Source: Candidatus Azambacteria bacterium (lineage in GTDB: Bacteria; Patescibacteriota; Minisyncoccia; UBA10092). Taken from it: 64,000 nucleotides of DNA. The notes under the pieces are model-generated. The model did not search any database. It saw nothing but the letters and a program-made list of their open reading frames with translations, and was not told the DNA's origin. The position numbers were made by a program, and so were the translations under genes. The DNA lies in the NCBI GenBank assembly GCA_016213445.1, contig JACRAJ010000001.1:142203-206202 (forward strand), written 5' to 3'. Of this stretch, positions 53,025 to 61,455 are shown piece after piece (the stretch's first letter is position 1; each line of letters begins with the position of its first letter).

Positions 53025-54158
53025 ATGGAAGCGCAAATGAAAATAAACAACAGCATGCAAAATTTGGCGGTCAAATTGCCCGAGGCTTTCGGCATGCCTA
53101 AATCGGGCGACGTGATCGAAGGCCGGATTGTGAAAAAAAGCGCCCGTTCTTTGTATTTTGATTTGGGATTGTGGGGCGTCGGCGTTGTTTATGGCATAGA
53201 ATTTTCCAACGCGCAGTCTATGATTAAAAATTTGAAAGCCGGCGATGTCGCTTTTGTGAAAATTTTGGAAATTGAAAATGAAGACGGCTTTCGGGAGCTT
53301 TCACTGGCCGAAGCGCAAAGCCAAAGGTCTTGGGATTTGATACGGGAATTAAAAAAAACCAATAAAACAATCAGCGCGAAAATTTTGAGCGTCAATCGCG
53401 GAGGCTTGATGGTTGAAATCAGCGGCGTTACCGGTTTTTTGCCGGTTTCCCAGTTGTCCGGCGAGCACTATCCGCGGGTTGAGGGCGGCGACAAGAACAA
53501 AATTCTGGAAGAGCTTTCCAAGTTTGTTAACCGTGAGTTCAATGTGAGAGTTTTGGATTTTGATCCGAGGGAAAACAAATTGATAGTTTCGGAAAAAGCG
53601 GCCGAGGAAGAGCACTTGAAAAAAGCCATCGGCCGGCATCAGGTCGGCGATGTTGTCGCCGGCGAAATTTCCGGCATAGTCGATTGGGGCGCTTTCGTTA
53701 AGTGGCCCGCCGACGAAGAAATGCTCGAAGGCTTGGTTCATATTTCCGAGCTTGATTGGCAATTGATAGAAAACCCCGCCGATTTTGTGAAAGTCGGCGA
53801 CAAAGTGTCGGCGCAAATTATCGATATTGCCAACGACCGGATTTCTCTGTCTTTAAAACGGCTCAAAATTGATCCGTGGAAAACAGCCTCGGCTTTCCTT
53901 GAAAAAGGAATGATTGTCGACGGTTTTGTTAAAAAATACAATTCTTTCGGCGCTTTCGTTGAAGTGGCTTGTCCCGTTTCAGCCGATTTGCCGGCGCAAC
54001 CAGGCGCTAAAAACGAAACACTGCAAGGGCTTTGCCACATTTCTGAATTCGGTTCGGATGAAAAAATGGCGACAGCTTTGGAAGTCGGAAAAAAATATCA
54101 ATTTAAAATCCTGGCTTTCGTTCCGGAAGAGCATCGAATGAGTCTGTCGAAGATTTGA
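53025..54158 (+). CDS. rpsA: 30S ribosomal protein S1 (four S1 domains)
   Basis: The start is taken at MEAQMK. S1 motifs recur (GDVIEGRIV..., GGLMVEISGVTGFLP, GDVVAGEISGIVDWGAFV, GMIVDGFVKKYNSFGAFV). Confidence 0.85.
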   Translation: MEAQMKINNSMQNLAVKLPEAFGMPKSGDVIEGRIVKKSARSLYFDLGLWGVGVVYGIEFSNAQSMIKNLKAGDVAFVKILEIENEDGFRELSLAEAQSQRSWDLIRELKKTNKTISAKILSVNRGGLMVEISGVTGFLPVSQLSGEHYPRVEGGDKNKILEELSKFVNREFNVRVLDFDPRENKLIVSEKAAEEEHLKKAIGRHQVGDVVAGEISGIVDWGAFVKWPADEEMLEGLVHISELDWQLIENPADFVKVGDKVSAQIIDIANDRISLSLKRLKIDPWKTASAFLEKGMIVDGFVKKYNSFGAFVEVACPVSADLPAQPGAKNETLQGLCHISEFGSDEKMATALEVGKKYQFKILAFVPEEHRMSLSKI

Positions 54159-54244
54159 CAAAATCTGAATTTTATATTACATAAAGAACAACCTTTTGGG
54201 TTGTTCTTTAATTTTTTGAATAAGGAGGCGAATGAAGTGAGTAA

Positions 54245-54271
54245 AACTATCGATTCTAAGAATCGATAGTT
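54245..54271. promoter_or_regulatory. Perfect 27-bp palindrome (12-bp arms) upstream of orphan cassette
   Basis: AACTATCGATTC-TAA-GAATCGATAGTT, located 20 nt upstream of the 54291 start codon and its GGGAGGAGG RBS. Confidence 0.5.
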
Positions 54272-54290
54272 AAATTCGGGAGGAGGAAGT

Positions 54291-54872
54291 ATGGAAAAAA
54301 TCTGGAATAAATTCCACCCGTTGTTTGGATCCGACCTGAAGGTCGGGCTGGAGTTCACGTATCCGAGGGACGCGGTTTTGGATCTAAATCCGCTTTATAA
54401 AAAAAGCGGCTTGATCCACAAATCGCCGAAAGAGTCGGTTGCGCGGGTGTGCGAACCGGCGATAAAGACTGTCGGCTGTTGTAAAACCGGCAGGGCGGCC
54501 AAAGTTTTTTTTGAGTCCCCGTTGCATGACAAGGAGTCATTGTTTCGAAGGTTGGTTTTTTCAAGGAAAAGCGATTCCGATAATAAACCAAGGCTTTGGA
54601 TGGTGTTTGCCAGGCATGGGGAAGCGTGCCACTTTGGCTTCGATTCATGGAATAGCCGGAGCGACCGCTACTTGACGCTGGCGTTTCCCGGCACCGGTTT
54701 AGACGATCAGTTTATTCCGGCTTATGTAAAAATTCAAGCAGGAAAGGAGGAGGAGTTTGTTTATCTGGAATTATGGGCGTGGAGCGATAGTTCCAGAATA
54801 GTAATTCAGGGGCGGCGAGTCTCCATATGCGAGGCTCCGCAAATGCTGATTGGCGCCCGGCCGGGGTGCTGA
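54291..54872 (+). CDS. Hypothetical protein (orphan cassette gene 1)
   Basis: 193 aa with a strong RBS. GC-richer than the neighbouring genes, with no motif I recognise. Confidence 0.6.
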   Translation: MEKIWNKFHPLFGSDLKVGLEFTYPRDAVLDLNPLYKKSGLIHKSPKESVARVCEPAIKTVGCCKTGRAAKVFFESPLHDKESLFRRLVFSRKSDSDNKPRLWMVFARHGEACHFGFDSWNSRSDRYLTLAFPGTGLDDQFIPAYVKIQAGKEEEFVYLELWAWSDSSRIVIQGRRVSICEAPQMLIGARPGC

Positions 54873-54903
54873 AAGTTAAATTTGCCTGATTGAGGAGGTT
54901 GTC

Positions 54904-55839
54904 ATGACGAATTTTAAGGAAGCTTTTGAGAAGGCGGAAAAAATAAGCGTCGTTGAGAAATCGACGGCGAAGCAGAAGGAGAAAGATGGCAGCAACGGCA
55001 ATGGAGACTTGGTTCTCCGCGTGCCGCCGATGAAAAAAGTTCCAACCACGGCAGGGAAACGCGAGGCTATCGACAAGGCCGTGGAGGCAACGAGAGAATA
55101 CGTTGCCAATATAACGGAACACATGATTGATCTCGTTTCCCGCATCAGCGAGATTAAAACAGCGTCGATCGAGGAGCGGGATATTCGCGGCGGCGAACTC
55201 GCGGCTTTGGAAGACGAGGTGCTCGCGCACATCCTCTCCGAGGAGAAGGCGCTGGCATCCGTCGCCCGGCAAGCTTATGCCATGGCGTTGGTCCTCACAT
55301 TGCCCGCCGATAAGCGGGCGGTGATCGCGGCTATTAATGGCGGGGGAAAAAATTCGCGTTTGCCCGGGCTTCTTCAGCTTGGCATCCTGTCTCAAACGGA
55401 TGCCGACGCAAAAGGAACGACGGTTGCCGTATATGGCGATCGTTACAAGGTAAACGGGAAAAGAGAATTTGCCGCGGAAGTGGCAAAAATTCTCGCCAAT
55501 AAATCTCTTAAAGCCAAAGCAAACATCTCGATAATCGAGATGTTTGACGGCAAATCCGGAAAAATTTTTGTGGATGTTCCGGACGCGGTAGATGGCCAGA
55601 AGTTTTTAGCCGGCGGCGCTCTGCTTGCGGAGAGCGACGGCAGAATTGTCAGGGTTGCGGCCGCAACCGGCCACTTTTCAAAAATTGTGGCTGAAATTAT
55701 GGCCGCCAAAACATTTATTTATTTAAAATCGCTCAAGAAAGAAAGATTTTGGGCGGGGGAGCGGTTGTCTGACGACGCATTCCGGCTGTGCCGGATTTTG
55801 CACTCGGTATTGCGTCGCGGAATAGCCGAGGTGCGATAA
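54904..55839 (+). CDS. Hypothetical protein (orphan cassette gene 2)
   Basis: 311 aa preceded by the RBS GAGGAGG. It is Ala/Lys-rich and predicted helical, with no motif I recognise. The antisense ORFs over it are rejected. Confidence 0.6.
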   Translation: MTNFKEAFEKAEKISVVEKSTAKQKEKDGSNGNGDLVLRVPPMKKVPTTAGKREAIDKAVEATREYVANITEHMIDLVSRISEIKTASIEERDIRGGELAALEDEVLAHILSEEKALASVARQAYAMALVLTLPADKRAVIAAINGGGKNSRLPGLLQLGILSQTDADAKGTTVAVYGDRYKVNGKREFAAEVAKILANKSLKAKANISIIEMFDGKSGKIFVDVPDAVDGQKFLAGGALLAESDGRIVRVAAATGHFSKIVAEIMAAKTFIYLKSLKKERFWAGERLSDDAFRLCRILHSVLRRGIAEVR

Positions 55840-55951
55840 CCTGATTGGGTTTTTGGCTCGCGGCGGCGGTTTTTTTAAAACCGTTGCCGTGGGCTATTTT
55901 TTATGATAGAATTCTAAATCGGATTAAGATTATTGAAAAAAATAAAACACT

Positions 55952-57793
55952 ATGAAAATAGGAAAATTTAATTACAAAAAATTTATAAACCAGATTTTTA
56001 TCGCCCTCGGCGCCTTGCTTTTGGTCGCTCTTGTTTTCGCTTATTTCAATTCGGCTTTTGACAAGCAAAAAACCATCGCTCTTTCCGAATTGGTTTCCAA
56101 AATAAACAACGGCGAAGTTTCGAAAATAATCGTCAAAGACAGCGATTTGGAAATAACTTTGAAAGACAACAGCGTTTATTCGGCGAAAAAAGAAGTTGAA
56201 AGTTCGCTTACCGAAACATTAAAAAACTATGGGGTGGATGAAGCCAAATTGGGCGCCGTTAATCTTCAGGTGGAAAAAAATGTCGGAGCCGGTTTTTGGA
56301 TTGGTGCGGTTCTTCCCGTCATTTTGCCTTTTCTCCTGGTGGGTTTTCTGATTTGGTATATGACGCGGCAAGCAAATCGCGCCAACGGCTCGATGTTCGG
56401 CTTTGGCAAGTCCCAGGCGCGTCTTTTCGGCCCGTTTAACGGCAAGAAAAAAATAATGCTTTCCGATGTCGCCGGCGCGAATGAAGCCAAGGAAGAGCTT
56501 GTTGAAGTCGTTGATTTTTTGCGAAATCCCAAAAAGTTTTTAAATATAGGCGCCCGGATTCCGCGCGGCGTGCTTCTCGTCGGTTCTCCCGGCACGGGCA
56601 AAACGCTTCTGGCGCGGGCGATTGCCGGCGAAGCCAATGTGCCTTTCTTTTATATTTCCGGTTCGGAATTCGTTGAAATGTTCGTCGGCGTCGGCGCTTC
56701 CCGCGTTCGCGATTTGTTTAATTTGGCTAAAAAATTCGCGCCTTCGATTATTTTTATTGACGAAATCGACGCGGTTGGCCGCCAGCGCGGCGCCGGGCTC
56801 GGCGGCGGCCATGACGAACGCGAGCAGACGCTCAACCAGATTTTGGTTGAAATGGACGGTTTTGATCGCGATACCAACATTATTTTAGTTGCCGCAACCA
56901 ACCGGCCCGACATTTTGGATCCGGCTCTTTTAAGGCCCGGCCGTTTCGACCGGCAGATTGTGGTTGACATTCCCGACATCAACGATCGCGAGGCGATTTT
57001 GAAAATCCATTCTCTCGACAAGCCGCTCGCGCCGGAGGTTGATTTGAGAAGAATTGCCGAAAGAACTCCGGGATTTTCCGGCGCCGATTTGGCCAATGTT
57101 ATAAATGAAGCGGCGATTTTGACCGCCCGCCAAAACAAGAAAATCATCGATCAAGAGACTATTTATCATTCAATCGAAAAAGTTTTGCTCGGACCGGAAA
57201 GAAGAAGCCACATTTTGTCCAAAAAAGAAAAAGAAATCGCGTCTTACCACGAGGCTGGGCACGCTTTAATTGCCGGAGTGTTGCCTCATTCGGATCCGGT
57301 CCATAAAATTTCCGTTGTTTCCCGCGGCCGGGCGGCGGGCTATACGATGAAACTTCCCATCGAGGACAAACATCTTCATTCCAAGAGTGAATTTTTGGCC
57401 GAGCTCGCGGTTTTAATGGGCGGTTACGCGGCGGAAAAACTTGTTTTCAAGGAAATCACCACCGGCGCTTCCGATGATTTGAGAAAAGCCACGGATTTGG
57501 CAAGGCGGCTTGTTACGGAATATGGAATGTCCGAAAAAATCGGCCCGGTATCTTTTGGGGATAAAGATGAGATGGTGTTTTTGGGCCGCGAACTCGGCGT
57601 TGAAAAAAATTATTCCGAATCCGTCGCCCAGATTATTGATAAAGAAATTGCGAATTTTCTTGCCGTCGCTTACGACACGGCGAAAAAAATCATCACCCAG
57701 CGCCGCAAAAAACTCAAAGAAATCGCCGAGCTTTTGATTGAAAAAGAAACAATCGAGCGCGACGAATTCGAGGCGATAATGGTCGCCGCGTAA
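55952..57793 (+). CDS. ftsH: ATP-dependent zinc metalloprotease FtsH
   Basis: 613 aa. Has two TM segments, Walker A GSPGTGKT, the SRH, and HEAGHA as the zinc site. Confidence 0.95.
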   Translation: MKIGKFNYKKFINQIFIALGALLLVALVFAYFNSAFDKQKTIALSELVSKINNGEVSKIIVKDSDLEITLKDNSVYSAKKEVESSLTETLKNYGVDEAKLGAVNLQVEKNVGAGFWIGAVLPVILPFLLVGFLIWYMTRQANRANGSMFGFGKSQARLFGPFNGKKKIMLSDVAGANEAKEELVEVVDFLRNPKKFLNIGARIPRGVLLVGSPGTGKTLLARAIAGEANVPFFYISGSEFVEMFVGVGASRVRDLFNLAKKFAPSIIFIDEIDAVGRQRGAGLGGGHDEREQTLNQILVEMDGFDRDTNIILVAATNRPDILDPALLRPGRFDRQIVVDIPDINDREAILKIHSLDKPLAPEVDLRRIAERTPGFSGADLANVINEAAILTARQNKKIIDQETIYHSIEKVLLGPERRSHILSKKEKEIASYHEAGHALIAGVLPHSDPVHKISVVSRGRAAGYTMKLPIEDKHLHSKSEFLAELAVLMGGYAAEKLVFKEITTGASDDLRKATDLARRLVTEYGMSEKIGPVSFGDKDEMVFLGRELGVEKNYSESVAQIIDKEIANFLAVAYDTAKKIITQRRKKLKEIAELLIEKETIERDEFEAIMVAA

Positions 57794-57913
57794 GCGAAAG
57801 TATTATTATAAAAACAAAACACAAGCGGTATCGTTGGTGTTTTGTTTTTATTTCAGATAAAATAGAACCATTAAACAGTAATCTTTTGATTTATAATTCA
57901 AAATGATAAACAA

Positions 57914-58579
57914 ATGGTTAAATTGGCAGAAAAAAATAAAGCACTATCTTTGCGCAAAGAAGGTAAAAGTTACAGCCAGATAAAAAGCGCTGTAAGCGTC
58001 AGTAAAAGCACCCTTAGTAATTGGCTTAAAGATTATCCATTGTCGAAAGAAAGAATCAGGTCTTTACAGGCGTTGAGCGAGCAAAGAATAGAGAATTTTC
58101 GGAAAACAATGATGAGAAAACGGCAATCAAGACTGGATAAAATTTATCGCGAAGAAAAGAAAAAATAGTTGCCGCTTTCAAATAGAGAATTATTTTTAAC
58201 GGGCATTTTTCTTTATTGGGGAGAAGGCACAAAAGCTACCAAAGGCGAATTAACCATATCCAATACCGATCCGAAAGTTATTAAGTTTTCATTGTATTGG
58301 TTTGTTAAGATATTAAAAGTTCCTAAAAACAAAATAAAAATTCTGGCGCATCTTTATAATGATATGGATATTGATAAAGAATTGCTATTTTGGTCCGAAT
58401 TGACTAAAATTCCTCTAAGTCAATTTAGGAAGCCTTATATCAAAAAAACTAGCCTGAAGTCCATAAATTATAAGGGAACGTTTGGCCATGGGACATGCAA
58501 TGTCAAAGTTATTGATACTAAGTTGACGGAAAAAATCATGATGGTGCTTAAAGCCGTGAGCGATTATTACGGCCGATAG
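57914..58579 (+). pseudogene. HTH + LAGLIDADG-like endonuclease gene interrupted by a single in-frame TAG (58166-58168)
   Basis: ORFs 57914-58168 and 58169-58579 share one reading frame and are separated only by a TAG. The N-part has an HTH (GKSYSQIKSAVSVSKSTLSNWLK) and the C-part has FLTGIFLYWGEGTK. The stop codon overlaps the tRNA-Ile 5' end. Confidence 0.5.
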
Positions 58580-58642
58580 CTCAGCGGTTAGAGCACGCGA
58601 CTTATAATCGCGGAGTCGATGGTTCGAATCCATCTCGGCCGA
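58570..58642 (+). tRNA. tRNA-Ile (anticodon TAT)
   Basis: Acceptor CGGCCGA/TCGGCCG, D arm GCTC-AGCGGTTA-GAGC, anticodon arm CGCGA-CTTATAA-TCGCG, T arm GATGG-TTCGAAT-CCATC. Confidence 0.8.
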
Positions 58643-58700
58643 TCATTATGGAACATTTTGGCTGAAATGTTTTTAATAAAGTGTTGGAAAACAATTATAT

Positions 58701-58772
58701 GCGCCCATAGCTCAGTGGTAGAGCGTTCGCTTGACATGCGAAAGGCCTGAAGTTCGATCCTTCATGGGCGCA
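58701..58772 (+). tRNA. tRNA-Val (anticodon GAC)
   Basis: Acceptor GCGCCCA/TGGGCGC, anticodon arm TTCGC-TTGACAT-GCGAA. Confidence 0.9.
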
Positions 58773-58777
58773 CAAAT

Positions 58778-59515
58778 ATGAACGAACTTAAATTAGAACC
58801 GGATTTCAATATTCCGCTCAATGTTGTTTATGAAGACGAAAATGTTGTCGTTTTAAACAAGCAGGCGGGGATTTCGGTTCATCCGTCCGCCAATGAGCCG
58901 CAAGGGACTTTGGTTAACGCATTGATAGCGAAATATCCGGAAATAAAAAATGTCGGCGAAGATCCGATTCGCCCGGGCATTGTTCACCGCCTCGATAAAG
59001 ACACTTCGGGAATTATGGTTGTTGCCAGAAACCAGAAAACTTTCGAATTTTTAAAAAGAGAATGGCAGGAAAAGCTTGTCGTTAAAAAATATTTAGCTTT
59101 GGTTTGGGGCCATCTCAAAAAGGAAGAGGGAGAAATAATTTCCGAAATTATAAGGTCGCCGAAGGATTTCAGAAAAAGAATAGTGGCGCGGCCGGAAAAG
59201 CAAAAAAGCGGGAAAATAAAAGGCAAGTTGGCGATTACGGAATATAAAGTCGTTGAAAAATTCAAGGATTATTCTTTGGTCGAGGTTTACCCGAAAACGG
59301 GCAGAATGCACCAGATAAGGGTGCATATGGCGTCGCTCGGCCACCCCGTGGCGGGGGATAAAGTTTACGGCAAAGGCAAAAAAAGCCCGGAAGGCTTAGT
59401 TCGCCAGTTTCTCCATGCGTTTTATTTGCGATTTTTTTTGGCCGGGCGCTCGCTTGCTTTCGAGGCGGATTTGCCGGAAGATTTAAAGCGAGTGTTGACG
59501 AAATTGGAAAAATAG
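58778..59515 (+). CDS. rluD: RluA/RluD-family pseudouridine synthase
   Basis: 245 aa. The catalytic motif is GIVHRLDKDTSGIMVVA and a second motif is GRMHQIRVHM. Confidence 0.9.
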   Translation: MNELKLEPDFNIPLNVVYEDENVVVLNKQAGISVHPSANEPQGTLVNALIAKYPEIKNVGEDPIRPGIVHRLDKDTSGIMVVARNQKTFEFLKREWQEKLVVKKYLALVWGHLKKEEGEIISEIIRSPKDFRKRIVARPEKQKSGKIKGKLAITEYKVVEKFKDYSLVEVYPKTGRMHQIRVHMASLGHPVAGDKVYGKGKKSPEGLVRQFLHAFYLRFFLAGRSLAFEADLPEDLKRVLTKLEK

Positions 59516-59539
59516 TGGCATAATGGGCGAGTTAAATTT

Positions 59540-59992
59540 ATGACCGATAAAATAAAAACATTTGATAAAAATAATTTGAGAAACGACATTCCGGAAATAA
59601 GATCCGGAATGAAGGCGCGTGTTTGGCAAAAGGTAAAAGAAGGCGATAAAGAGCGGCTTCAGGCGTTTGAAGGAGTGGTTATTGCCGCAAAGCATGGCCG
59701 CGGAAAAACCGGCGATTTTACCGTTCGGAAAATTTCAAGCGGCGTGGGCGTTGAAAGAATTTTTCCCTTTCATGCTCCGACCATCGAAAAAATCGAAATT
59801 TTATCGCAAGCGAAAGTGCGCCGTGCCAAGCTTTACTATTTGCGCGGCCGCATCGGCAAAAAAGCGAGAATGAAGCAAGTGGAGCTCGCCGAAATCGCGG
59901 CGCCGGTTGTTGAAACAAAACAGAAGGAAGCGGCATCCGAAGTTATTGAACAAGAACAAGAAGCAACCCCGGAAGTTCCGGCAACAGAGTAA
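59540..59992 (+). CDS. rplS: 50S ribosomal protein L19 with acidic C-terminal extension
   Basis: 150 aa. Contains [33 protein letters not shown]...[17 protein letters not shown]. Confidence 0.95.
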   Translation: MTDKIKTFDKNNLRNDIPEIRSGMKARVWQKVKEGDKERLQAFEGVVIAAKHGRGKTGDFTVRKISSGVGVERIFPFHAPTIEKIEILSQAKVRRAKLYYLRGRIGKKARMKQVELAEIAAPVVETKQKEAASEVIEQEQEATPEVPATE

Positions 59993-60068
59993 TAAAAATC
60001 GGCTTTAAAGCCGATTTTTGTTTCGCAGTATTTGGCATACGCTATTAACTTGAGATATAATATAATTA

Positions 60069-60719
60069 ATGAGGTCGCTAAGTAAAGTAAAAATTAAATG
60101 GTCTCCAGAATTCGCGTATGCTTTAGGACTTTTGGCTACAGACGGTAATCTGTCTATCGATGGCAGACATTTTGATTTTACATCTAAAGATATGGAGCAA
60201 TTGGAGAATTTTATGAAGTGTCTCGATATTTGTGTAAAAATTGGTTACAAAACATCGGGATTTACTGGAAAAAAATTGCCACATATTCAATTTGGAGATG
60301 TTAATTTTTATAAATTCTTATTAGATATTGGTTTTATGCCAAAAAAATCAAAGATTATAACAAGTATTAAAATTCCAAATAAATATTTCTTTGATTTTTT
60401 GAGAGGGCATTTTGATGGCGATGGTAGTTTTTATTCGTATTGGGATCCACGTTGGAAATCAAGCTACATGTTTTATACTACATTTGTTTCTGCCAGCAAG
60501 AAACATATAGAGTGGCTTAGAAATGAAATACAGAAACTCTTAAATATCGGAGGGCATATCGCTAAGGGTGGCGCCAGTTCCGTTTATCAATTAAGATATG
60601 CGAAGGCAGAATCGTTGAAATTATTGCCAAGGATGTATTACAATAATAAAGTTATTTGTTTATTTCGAAAGCGCTTGAAAATAGAAAAAGCTTTTAAAAT
60701 AGAGGATAAAAAATTATAG
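60069..60719 (+). CDS. Free-standing LAGLIDADG homing endonuclease (two-motif, monomeric type)
   Basis: 216 aa. The two motifs are YALGLLATDGNL and FLRGHFDGDGSF. Confidence 0.85.
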   Translation: MRSLSKVKIKWSPEFAYALGLLATDGNLSIDGRHFDFTSKDMEQLENFMKCLDICVKIGYKTSGFTGKKLPHIQFGDVNFYKFLLDIGFMPKKSKIITSIKIPNKYFFDFLRGHFDGDGSFYSYWDPRWKSSYMFYTTFVSASKKHIEWLRNEIQKLLNIGGHIAKGGASSVYQLRYAKAESLKLLPRMYYNNKVICLFRKRLKIEKAFKIEDKKL

Positions 60720-60728
60720 AAAATTTAT

Positions 60729-60815
60729 GCGCGGGTGCTGTAATTGGTAGCCAGGCCAGCTTGAGGTGCTGGTGCCCGTAAGGGCGTGGAGGTTCGAGTC
60801 CTCTCCCGCGCACCA
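60729..60815 (+). tRNA. tRNA-Leu (anticodon GAG), long variable arm, CCA encoded
   Basis: Acceptor GCGCGGG/CCCGCGC, anticodon arm CCAGC-TTGAGGT-GCTGG, variable arm GTGCCCGTAAGGGCGT. Confidence 0.9.
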
Positions 60816-60886
60816 GAAGGGGTCCAGCGTTCGCGTTGGCCCCTTTTCATTTGTAATAACATTGAAATTGTGATAATATTTTTCAT

Positions 60887-61183
60887 ATGGAGCCTCCTAA
60901 GGAAAAATTTGAAATTTCGGAAATGGAAAAGTTTTTGGAAAAGCATGAGCTTCGTCATATTCATTCCGATGTTTTTGAAAGAATCATAACTTTGGTAATT
61001 GCCGCTTTAGGTTTAATCGCCGCTCTCGCGTGGGACGAAGCACTAAGGCATATTTTTGAAAACCTATTCGGTGGCAAAGGAACTTTGTTGGAAGAAATTT
61101 CATATGCAGTAGTGATAACAACTCTTGCGGCTTTTATTTCAGTGCGTTTGGGAAAACTTTTTTCCAAACGCAAGAGGGAATAA
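60887..61183 (+). CDS. Small two-TM hypothetical membrane protein
   Basis: 98 aa with two hydrophobic helices (ITLVIAALGLIAALAW and YAVVITTLAAFISVRL). Confidence 0.55.
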   Translation: MEPPKEKFEISEMEKFLEKHELRHIHSDVFERIITLVIAALGLIAALAWDEALRHIFENLFGGKGTLLEEISYAVVITTLAAFISVRLGKLFSKRKRE

Positions 61184-61455
61184 TCCAAATTTCTTAAATG
61201 CCGCCAAAGAAAAATTGGAAATTGTTATCGGTGCGGCGGAGCCGCCTTTCTGTATTTTCGCGGGGGGACTTCCTCGCCGCCTGCGGCGGCGAAATGCGTT
61301 CGGACTAATTCAAGAATACTGCACCAAAACTTACTTTGTCGGAAATGACTGCTCCGCGCGGCGAGTACGCCGCGCTCCGCAAGGCAAAATCCGCTTTTGT
61401 TTTCGCCGTGAAATCCCATAATCTTCCCCGATAGGGGAACTGTTTAAAAATAATT

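Noticed and set aside
54712-55395. 227-aa and 118-aa minus-strand ORFs over the orphan cassette
   Set aside because: They overlap the two plus-strand ORFs, which have strong RBSs and sensible spacing. The minus frames lack RBSs and are R/L-rich.
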